14,475 bases of DNA, from assembly GCA_963727825.1 (NCBI GenBank), contig CAVSHO010000004.1, positions 1 through 14,475 on the forward strand, in the 5' to 3' direction. The notes below the pieces were generated by a model. The model had not been told where the DNA came from. It saw only the letters and a list, made by a program, of their open reading frames with translations, and made no database searches. A program made the translations under genes and the position numbers. Source of the DNA: Ignavibacteriota bacterium (lineage in GTDB: Bacteria > Bacteroidota > Ignavibacteria > UBA10030). Positions 7,324 to 14,475 of this stretch are shown piece after piece; positions within the stretch are counted from its first letter, which is position 1; every line of letters begins with the position of its first letter.

Positions 7324-8850
7324 CTATACTTCGTCGTCACCAAATATTTTCTTAACATTCTTTGGAAGTTCCTTAGCCGTTTCATGCGAGGCATTACCTT
7401 TTGCTTTCGGAGTAGGCGTTTTTCGTTCCTTTCGAACAATTCTAAATCCTTCTTCAGCAATCATATCTTCTTCAGAAGATTTACTTTCTTTTTTTTGCTG
7501 TTCAGAGAATTTGAGTATCGGGGCTGATAATGGTAGACCTGACGTTTTTTGTTCATGGAAAGATAATAACTTTTTGAAAATTGTTTGCCCTTCCCTCGCT
7601 AAATCATCTTCTGAATAAGTGAGAGTATGTCCTTCACGGACGTAAAACTCGCCATTAATCATTACATCGCTTACCTGCTGTGAGGCGGCTTCTTGAAGAA
7701 CAACCTCAAGAATTTGTTCAGCATTGCCATCCGCAAGGATGGAATTTATACGAAACTCAGATAGATTAAGGAAAACAAGATCGGCTTTTTTTCCCGTTTC
7801 AATCGTTCCAATTTCCGCATCAAGCCCAAGTGCATATGCTCCATTTATTGTGTGAAGAGCAAGTAAATCGTACGCTCGTTCATGCGGCAACCCGAGCGTT
7901 CTAAGAATAGAACAATAGGATTGAATATTCTCTAACGGCTTTGCAATTCCCCAATCGGTACAAAATGCGAGCATAATTTTATATTTGAGTAATTCTTCGA
8001 ATGGCGGTATTTCTGTTCCCTTCTGAAGAATAGCCGATGGCGAATATACCAATGGCGCACCAGACTTCGCAATGATTTCAAAATCTCCATCCTCAAAACA
8101 TGAGAGATGAAGTAGATGCGCTGGCGAGTCAATCGCTCTATATTCGGCATATAATTGGGCAATGGATTTATTGAAATTTTTCTTCACAATATTAAATGCC
8201 TGCCGGGTCTGGCCCAAATGCAATATTACCGGCCATTGAAGTTCACGCGCTGAACGAATACTTGATTGAAGATTGTATGTTGTAAGATTTTCTTCATCGT
8301 TTATAACGAAAGCGAAACGAATTGAAGATTCGTGCTGCTTACGAGCCGCTTCAATCTGATCGCCATTATGCAAACCGATAAAACCTCTTTGATTCGTTTG
8401 CTGCATCGCTTCGAGTGATGCAGCAAACGAATGTTCAAGATTATCGATGCCATATTCCGACAAGGTTGTTACACCGGATTTGAGCGCGGCATAATATGAC
8501 AATCGGTACAGGGTTAAGAATTCCTGGAACGTGGCTTCCTTGCGTAAATAATCATTAGCGCGGCTGATGATCGGGGTCTTATTCCATCTCGACATCGGCT
8601 GGCCGGATGTTAAATATCGCAAGATAAACGATTCACCCGTATGATGCGCATCGACGAATCCCGGCAAAATAATTTTTCCCGCGGTATCAATAACTTCGGC
8701 ATTCGGATATGTCGCCTTGAGAGCATCAGCGCGCCTGCCAATCTCGATAATCCGGCCGTTCTGAATTATGAGCGTGAGTTTCCCAGCGCGATTTTGTTTG
8801 TCACCACTAAAAACTAAACCGTTCTCGATTATTTTAATTGAATCGATCAT
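7324..8850 (-). CDS. Amidohydrolase-family protein (MTA/SAH-deaminase/AtzA-like fold) with atypical active-site motifs and a charged C-terminal tail
   Basis: ILPGFVDAH, ALKSGVTT, T.NGA.ALGL..EIGTIETGKKADLV, V.DVMINGE scaffold motifs; metal/catalytic positions read DAHHT, HLGQT, LLHL, CTDW. Confidence 0.85.
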   Translation of the reverse strand: MIDSIKIIENGLVFSGDKQNRAGKLTLIIQNGRIIEIGRRADALKATYPNAEVIDTAGKIILPGFVDAHHTGESFILRYLTSGQPMSRWNKTPIISRANDYLRKEATFQEFLTLYRLSYYAALKSGVTTLSEYGIDNLEHSFAASLEAMQQTNQRGFIGLHNGDQIEAARKQHESSIRFAFVINDEENLTTYNLQSSIRSARELQWPVILHLGQTRQAFNIVKKNFNKSIAQLYAEYRAIDSPAHLLHLSCFEDGDFEIIAKSGAPLVYSPSAILQKGTEIPPFEELLKYKIMLAFCTDWGIAKPLENIQSYCSILRTLGLPHERAYDLLALHTINGAYALGLDAEIGTIETGKKADLVFLNLSEFRINSILADGNAEQILEVVLQEAASQQVSDVMINGEFYVREGHTLTYSEDDLAREGQTIFKKLLSFHEQKTSGLPLSAPILKFSEQQKKESKSSEEDMIAEEGFRIVRKERKTPTPKAKGNASHETAKELPKNVKKIFGDDEV

Positions 8851-8855
8851 GCAAA

Positions 8856-10313
8856 TTAGTTTATCTTACGCCAGTTTGTTCCATCTTTCTTATCTTCGAT
8901 CATAAAACCAATAGTTTTCAAACCATCACGAATGATATCTGACAACGCCCAAAGTTTTTGCTTGCGTACTTCTGCTCGTATACTTACGACCAAATTCATG
9001 AGACTGGATTCTGCTTTTACATCACCATTTGCAGATCGAAGTTGGTCTGGTATAATCCCCAGCACTTTTCCCCCAAGCTCGCTAAAGAGTTGATCAATTT
9101 GTTTAAGCGCATCAATACTAAGCTTTTGTTCGGAGTTAAGCGATTGATTTGTCTCACGTGCCAAATCAAATAACACGCCGATAGCAAGCGGTGCGTTGAA
9201 ATCATCGTCCATCGCCTTTAAAAAGTTTCTTTGATACAAAGAAAGATCAAATTCTGTTCCCTTTGTCCGTTGTTCAGATCCAGCTTTCTTTGATTCTTCA
9301 CGGAGATTGCGTATTGTGTTCAGCAATTTATCATAACCGGTATTCGCTCCTTGCAATGCTTCGTCGCTGAAATCCAATGTGCTGCGATAATGGCTTTGCA
9401 ATATGAAAAACCGTACTACAAGCGGATCATATTTCTTGAAGGCATCTTTTAGCGTCACAAAATTTCCGAGTGACTTCGACATTTTTTGCCCATTAACCGT
9501 CACAAGGTTGTTATGAATCCAGTATTTCACAAACGGCTTTCCGGTTGCACCTTCGCTCTGTGCAATTTCACATTCGTGGTGCGGAAATTGGTTATCCATT
9601 CCGCCGCCGTGAATATCGAATGTTTCGCCAAGATATTTCATCGACATTGCTGAACATTCGATGTGCCATCCAGGGAATCCTTCGCCCCAAGGACTCGGCC
9701 AGCGCATAATATGTCCGCTTTCTGCTTTCTTCCATAGTGCAAAATCAGCCGGATGCCTTTTCTCTGAACGCGATTCGACACGTGTTCCTTCTACCGATTC
9801 TTCTAGTACACGTCCAGAGAGTCTGCCGTATTTCTTAAACTTCTGCACGTCATAATAGACAGATCCGTTCACTTCATATGCAAAACCGTTCGCAAGAAGT
9901 TGCTTCACCCTTTCGATTTGTTCTATGATATGTCCTGATGCACGAGGAGAAATATCCGGACGAAGAATATTAAGTTTATCCATATCTTCAAAATAGCTGC
10001 GTGTGAACATTTCTGCTATCTGCATTGGATGGACGCGATCAAGACGCGCTTGTTTGACGAGTTTATCTTCACCTTCATCAGCATCATCGGTAAGATGACC
10101 AACGTCGGTGATGTTTTGAATATAGCGCACCTCGTTGCCAAGATAACGCAAGTATCGAACAATGACATCGAAGGAAACATAACTTTTTGCATGGCCAATG
10201 TGTGAATGGCTGTACACGGTAGGTCCGCATACATACATGCCTACATGCCCTTCGTGGATCGGTTTGAATTCTTCTTTATTTCGGCTTAATGTGTTATAAA
10301 TAAATAATGACAT
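8856..10313 (-). CDS. cysS: Cysteine--tRNA ligase
   Basis: [57 protein letters not shown]. Confidence 0.98.
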   Translation of the reverse strand: MSLFIYNTLSRNKEEFKPIHEGHVGMYVCGPTVYSHSHIGHAKSYVSFDVIVRYLRYLGNEVRYIQNITDVGHLTDDADEGEDKLVKQARLDRVHPMQIAEMFTRSYFEDMDKLNILRPDISPRASGHIIEQIERVKQLLANGFAYEVNGSVYYDVQKFKKYGRLSGRVLEESVEGTRVESRSEKRHPADFALWKKAESGHIMRWPSPWGEGFPGWHIECSAMSMKYLGETFDIHGGGMDNQFPHHECEIAQSEGATGKPFVKYWIHNNLVTVNGQKMSKSLGNFVTLKDAFKKYDPLVVRFFILQSHYRSTLDFSDEALQGANTGYDKLLNTIRNLREESKKAGSEQRTKGTEFDLSLYQRNFLKAMDDDFNAPLAIGVLFDLARETNQSLNSEQKLSIDALKQIDQLFSELGGKVLGIIPDQLRSANGDVKAESSLMNLVVSIRAEVRKQKLWALSDIIRDGLKTIGFMIEDKKDGTNWRKIN

Positions 10314-10340
10314 GGTAAATTATCTAAACCTCTTTCTTTC

Positions 10341-12092
10341 TTATCTCTTCCCAATTAATTCTCTTGCGCCGTTCAAACTTGCCTCAGTCACTTCTTCACC
10401 GCTGAGTAATCTGGCAATTTCTTGAATGCGATCTTCTTCCTTTAACTTACGAATTGTCGAAGACGTACGATGTTTCAATTCGCTTTTTTCTACTGCAAAA
10501 TGGCAATCTGCAAATCCGGCAATCTGCGGTAAATGTGTAATGGCAATGACTTGGTGAAATTGCGATAAACTCTTCATACTTTTGCCCACTGCCTGAGCTA
10601 TTCTTCCGCTTATGCCGACATCAATTTCGTCAAATACGAGCAGTGGCAGACGATCTGCTTTGGCAAGAATTGTTTTCAACGCAAGCATAATGCGCGATAT
10701 TTCGCCTCCGGATGCAACCTTAGCCAATGGTTTCAAGTCCTCACCAACATTTGTCGAAAGATAAAATTCGATAAAGTCAATTCCGCTTTGTGTTGCGTCG
10801 TAAAATTCGCGTCCCAGTTTAACATAAGCACTGTTCGCTTTGCCCTCCAATTTTCCCAACACGCGATTTTCAATCTTCACATCGAACTGTGCATTTGCAA
10901 TGCCTAATTTTGCTAACTCCGCGCAGACCGATTTACTAATCTTACCTACCAACTCACGCCGCTTTGTTGAAAGACGCTGTGCAGCAGCAGAACAGGTTAT
11001 TCGTTCAAGCTCAATGTACTCATTCAATTTGCGAATTTCACTTTCGAAGTTTTCCGCTATTGTAAATTCTTTGCCAATCTTCTCGCGACGTTCAATTACA
11101 GCATCCATTGAACCGCCGTATTTTTTCTTAAGGAGCGCGATTTGACCGAGTCGTTCTCGAATTTGTTCTAACCGCTCAGGATTAAATTCAATCTTTGAAT
11201 TGTAGTTCTGAATAAACTTTGTAAGTTCGCCAACAATCGCCGCTGCAGAAGCGCATTCATTCTTTATATCTTCGAAAGTCGTATCAATCTGCGCAAGGTC
11301 TTCAAGTTGATTACGCGCTTTCAGCAATAAATCGTACACCGACTGCCCGCCGATATTCTCCGAACTTAGCCGGGATGGCTCTCCTTCGTAAAGTGATTGA
11401 TATAATTGAGATGTTGCTTCAAAAAGTTTTTCAGAATTTTCTAAAATGCGCAGTTCGTTTTCCAGGTCACTTTCTTCACCTGCACGCGGATCGACAGCAT
11501 CAATTTCTTTAATTTGAAATTCATAAAGGTCGCGCTTTTCTCTCAATTCTTTTTCCTTAAGCGAGAGCGCACGTAATTCCGTAAAAAGCACCGTTAGCCG
11601 ATCGTATGATTCGCGATATTCATCCACCAACTTGTCTAAACTTCCGAATTCATCCAGCAAGCCGATGTGCGTCTCCGGTCGAAGCAATGATTGATGCTCA
11701 TGCTGGCCATGAAGATCGACAAGATGATCACCGATTTCTTTTAGAACCGTAAGCGAAACAGGCGAATCATTTATAAAGCAACGTGATTGTCCTTTAATAG
11801 AAACTTCACGGCGAAGAATAAAATCTTCCTGCAATTCGATCTCATTCTGTTTCAGAAGTGCTTTTACTTTTCCGTTTTCCGCTATTCCAAAAATACCTTC
11901 AACAACGGCTTTGTCGGTTCCCTTACGTACTACATCAGAACTTGCTCGATCCCCGAGTATTAGGCTCAATGCATCGATAATAATAGATTTGCCGGCGCCG
12001 GTTTCACCCGTAAGAATGTTCAACCCGCTCTCAAATTCGATTTCGACGAATTCGAGTAGAGCATAGTTTCGGATGGTCAGTGATTTGAGCAT
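10341..12092 (-). CDS. recN: DNA repair protein RecN
   Basis: Walker A TGETGAGKS, DLHGQHEHQSLL, coiled coil, KVASGGE.SR.ML, FDEIDVGISG, ITHLPQIA, EIARLLSG. Confidence 0.98.
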   Translation of the reverse strand: MLKSLTIRNYALLEFVEIEFESGLNILTGETGAGKSIIIDALSLILGDRASSDVVRKGTDKAVVEGIFGIAENGKVKALLKQNEIELQEDFILRREVSIKGQSRCFINDSPVSLTVLKEIGDHLVDLHGQHEHQSLLRPETHIGLLDEFGSLDKLVDEYRESYDRLTVLFTELRALSLKEKELREKRDLYEFQIKEIDAVDPRAGEESDLENELRILENSEKLFEATSQLYQSLYEGEPSRLSSENIGGQSVYDLLLKARNQLEDLAQIDTTFEDIKNECASAAAIVGELTKFIQNYNSKIEFNPERLEQIRERLGQIALLKKKYGGSMDAVIERREKIGKEFTIAENFESEIRKLNEYIELERITCSAAAQRLSTKRRELVGKISKSVCAELAKLGIANAQFDVKIENRVLGKLEGKANSAYVKLGREFYDATQSGIDFIEFYLSTNVGEDLKPLAKVASGGEISRIMLALKTILAKADRLPLLVFDEIDVGISGRIAQAVGKSMKSLSQFHQVIAITHLPQIAGFADCHFAVEKSELKHRTSSTIRKLKEEDRIQEIARLLSGEEVTEASLNGARELIGKR

Positions 12093-12103
12093 ACAGATTC
12101 GCT

Positions 12104-12133
12104 CAAATGTAAGGAAAAAAGATGGAATTTCAA
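12104..12133 (-). promoter_or_regulatory. Internal housekeeping promoter upstream of recN
   Basis: Minus strand TTGAAA (12133-12128), 16 nt, TACATT (12111-12106). The same bases read TTG-N19-TACATTTG, matching the Bacteroidota -33/-7 consensus TTG...TAnnTTTG. Confidence 0.6.
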
Positions 12134-12158
12134 TGAAAGAGATTCTTCTTGGAGCAAA

Positions 12159-12992
12159 TCAATTCTGCGGTTGATTAAGTGCATCAATATCAAAGAATAG
12201 TATCTGCGGAACGTCGCCGATGACACCATGAAAGTAAGCATAATTAATAAATTCGGTTAAACTTTCTTCTTCCTTTTCACTAAATTCATACGAGAACAAG
12301 GAGAGATATTTAGTCAGTTCACTTAGAGAAAGATTCTGCTGCTGTGCTATACTTTGTGCAATTTGTGATTTCAGAATAACACCGTTATTTTTTGCCGCGA
12401 ATAATGCCTGCGCTTCCACTTTTGACAATTCTTCTTCACGCCCAACCCAAAATCCATGAATATACGGCAAACCCGTCAGGTCATTCCATTCTTCTACAAG
12501 ATCGATTGTGAACGTATCTGCACGAGCAATCATATGCGGATTGTCTTGGACAATTAAAGCCGCATCGGCTTTAGCTAGCATTGCATCAACATCTGGCATC
12601 ATCGGAATAAATTGGAGGTTAGAATGCGTTGATTGGTTCTGGTACTTTTCTGATAGAATAATTTTTGCAAGAATGATTTCAGACGTAAATCGCACATCGA
12701 TTGCTATACGTTCAATGTTATACAGGTTGGATTTGAGAATAAGCTGAATTGTGTTTGTCTGATTGGAAGAAGCAATGCAAATATTCGGTACTATTCGGTA
12801 TTCACCGCCATGCCGTGCATAATCGATGGGCGATAAAAAAGCGTTCCGTATTCCACCGGAACGCTCACTGAGTTTTATTGCATTTTTTGCAGGAATGTCT
12901 ATGACCAGATCAAACGGAGATTCCGTTCGATCCAATCCAAACAGGAGCGGCTTCAGAAACAGTGCATCAGATACTGCAAGCCGCGATTTCAT
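12159..12992 (-). CDS. MqnA (chorismate dehydratase)-like protein, MqnA/MqnD/SBP family, divergent
   Basis: KPLLFGL, LSPIDYA, Y.IVP.ICIAS, LAKIIL, DAALI, DL.EEW..LTGLP....W layout matches MqnA, but several canonical motifs are altered, so no gene symbol is assigned. ATG overlaps the rplS stop (TGATG). Confidence 0.78.
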   Translation of the reverse strand: MKSRLAVSDALFLKPLLFGLDRTESPFDLVIDIPAKNAIKLSERSGGIRNAFLSPIDYARHGGEYRIVPNICIASSNQTNTIQLILKSNLYNIERIAIDVRFTSEIILAKIILSEKYQNQSTHSNLQFIPMMPDVDAMLAKADAALIVQDNPHMIARADTFTIDLVEEWNDLTGLPYIHGFWVGREEELSKVEAQALFAAKNNGVILKSQIAQSIAQQQNLSLSELTKYLSLFSYEFSEKEEESLTEFINYAYFHGVIGDVPQILFFDIDALNQPQN

Positions 12993-13333
12993 CAGGCATT
13001 TGTTTTTTGAGCAACAGCTTTGGTTGCCAATTCGCGGACATAATAAATTTTTGAGCGGCGAACTCTGCCATCTTTCACCTTCTCGATTTTTGCAACGCTA
13101 GGAGAATGCACAGGGAAAATTCGCTCTACACCGACACCATCAGACATCTTGCGAACAGTGAACGTTGTATTAATCCCTGAACCACGCTGGCCAATGACAA
13201 TGCCTTGGAATTCCTGAATACGCTCTTTATCGCCTTCCTTGACTTTCACATGCACATTTACGATGTCGCCGGATTTAAATTTTGGGACATCGGTTTTTAG
13301 TTGAGTTGCCTCAACAAGTTTCAACTTATCCAT
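12992..13333 (-). CDS. rplS: 50S ribosomal protein L19
   Basis: [53 protein letters not shown]; TGGAG SD; canonical position after trmD. Confidence 0.98.
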   Translation of the reverse strand: MDKLKLVEATQLKTDVPKFKSGDIVNVHVKVKEGDKERIQEFQGIVIGQRGSGINTTFTVRKMSDGVGVERIFPVHSPSVAKIEKVKDGRVRRSKIYYVRELATKAVAQKTNA

Positions 13334-13384
13334 TAGTATTTTACTCCACTAAATCAAGTCACTGTGTATTATCTTCAATTATTT

Positions 13385-14062
13385 TTATGAAACAAAACTA
13401 TCGCCGCGCAGACGTTTTGTTCTTCGTTCACGCTGCTCCTGCCGCCAGCGATCTATTTCCTGATGATCTCCTGATAGCAATACATCCGGCACAGTCAATC
13501 CGCGAAATTCCGCTGGCCGTGTGAATTGCTGACATCCAAGCAAACCATCCTGAAATGAATCCGTCAATGCGGACTCACCATCATTCAACACACCGGGAAT
13601 GAGCCTCACAACAGCATCCACCACAACTGCCGCAGCCAGTTCACCACCGGTTAGGACATAATCACCGATAGAAATCTCGCGTGTAACTAATATCTCACGA
13701 ACTCGTTGATCGACGCCTTTGTAATGTCCGCACAGCAGCATCAAATTATTTTTTAACGAAAGTTCTGTTGCAACTTTCTGCGAAAATAATTCACCGTCAG
13801 CTGAAAGAAAAATGATATCATTATACCGGCGTTGTGCTTTTAGCTCTTCCACACATCCAAAGAACGGTTCCGGCTTCAGTATCATACCTGCGCCGCCTCC
13901 ATAAGGGGCATCGTCAATCGTATGATGCTTGTCGTGTGTGTAAGCACGGAGGTCGTGAACAACGATCTCTACAATTCCTTTTTCCTGCGCCCGTTTCAAG
14001 ATACTTTCTTGAAGCGGACTTTCCAACAACTTCGGTAAACCTGTAATGATATCAATTCGCAT
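13385..14062 (-). CDS. trmD: tRNA (guanine-N1)-methyltransferase
   Basis: DDAPYGGGAGM, LLCGHYKGVDQRV, EISIGDYVLTGGEL, RLIPGVL, TRP..FRG..VP.VLLSGDH. Confidence 0.98.
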   Translation of the reverse strand: MRIDIITGLPKLLESPLQESILKRAQEKGIVEIVVHDLRAYTHDKHHTIDDAPYGGGAGMILKPEPFFGCVEELKAQRRYNDIIFLSADGELFSQKVATELSLKNNLMLLCGHYKGVDQRVREILVTREISIGDYVLTGGELAAAVVVDAVVRLIPGVLNDGESALTDSFQDGLLGCQQFTRPAEFRGLTVPDVLLSGDHQEIDRWRQEQRERRTKRLRGDSFVS

Positions 14063-14475
14063 CAGTCAAGTAATCCATCAATATCGTGAATAGTGATGCG
14101 TTTATTTTTGATATCCACATGCCGGATAATCGCTTTAACTGCCGGAATGAGAATTTCCTTTGCACCTTTTTTAACAACCCATAAATCATTCATCGGAAGC
14201 GAAAACAAATCAGTTATTTTGCCAATAGCCGTTTGTTCTTCTGTCACGACTTCGCATCCGATTATATCGTCTATGAAGTAACTTCCATTCCGAAGTTTAA
14301 CGGCATCATCTTTAGCAACAAAAAGAAACGTATTCTTTATTTTTTCCGCTTCTTCAACCGTTTCAATACCATCAAAGCTAAAAACCACTTGTTTGGTATT
14401 GATTCTCACATTCAGAATCTTCTTCAATTCTACATTAGCCGCATCAAACCCAATCCACACATCTTGCAGATTTAC
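14062..14475 (-). CDS. rimM: Ribosome maturation factor RimM (5'-partial; frame is open to the window edge)
   Basis: F.GI.T.EEAE, YFIDDIIGCEV, G.ITD...P.NDLWVV, EILIPAV...I..VD....RI.I..IDGLLD; TGATG coupling to trmD; canonical rimM-trmD-rplS order. Confidence 0.93.
   Translation of the reverse strand, partial: VNLQDVWIGFDAANVELKKILNVRINTKQVVFSFDGIETVEEAEKIKNTFLFVAKDDAVKLRNGSYFIDDIIGCEVVTEEQTAIGKITDLFSLPMNDLWVVKKGAKEILIPAVKAIIRHVDIKNKRITIHDIDGLLD

Noticed and set aside
7299-7460. Upstream extension of the YjbH-like ORF or a frameshift fusion with the amidohydrolase
   Set aside because: The GTG at 7298 has a strong SD and yields a proper signal peptide; the extension is just an open alternate frame.
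7489-7496. A8 run in the amidohydrolase tail as a recoding site
   Set aside because: Both shifted frames stop within about 10 codons, the gene is intact, and Lys-codon A-runs are common here (another A8 lies in cobB at 1191-1198).
10790-10870. Longer loop in RecN (VLGKLEGKANSAYVKLGREFYDA) as an inserted element or intein
   Set aside because: Not palindromic, no intein motifs, and in a length-variable loop; probably lineage-typical.
13334-13384. L19 autoregulatory leader RNA
   Set aside because: The 51-nt AT-rich spacer has an SD but no convincing stem.
1-14475. CRISPR array, IS/transposase, prophage, tRNA/rRNA or defence system
   Set aside because: No repeat-spacer periodicity, terminal inverted repeats, or such genes seen; nearly all sequence is explained by the listed CDSs.

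Overview
A 14.5-kb, mostly housekeeping bacterial region with all 14 supported genes on the minus strand. Gene content and signals suggest a Bacteroidota/Chlorobi/Ignavibacteria-type organism (inference from protein style, a TAnnTTTG promoter and retained Shine-Dalgarno sites). Transcription order (right to left): rimM (5'-partial), trmD, rplS, MqnA-like protein, [internal promoter] recN, cysS, amidohydrolase-family protein, YjbH-like outer-membrane protein, [terminator, sigma54-type promoter] Tyr/Trp/Gly- and Ser/Arg-rich lipoprotein, OmpP1/FadL-family beta-barrel, [terminator] penicillin acylase (S45) family Ntn-hydrolase, cobB sirtuin, pyk (3'-partial, frameshifted). I see no mobile element, CRISPR array, tRNA or rRNA, and no clearly novel multi-gene system. 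Best leads: (1) an MqnA homologue and an amidohydrolase that both appear to have lost canonical catalytic motifs; (2) an insulated, probably sigma54-driven lipoprotein + FadL-barrel unit; (3) pyk broken at an A-AAA-AAT heptamer and also carrying an R->C change in GPKIR; (4) a 33-nt in-frame, palindrome-like insert in recN resembling the terminator arms at 3839-3871.
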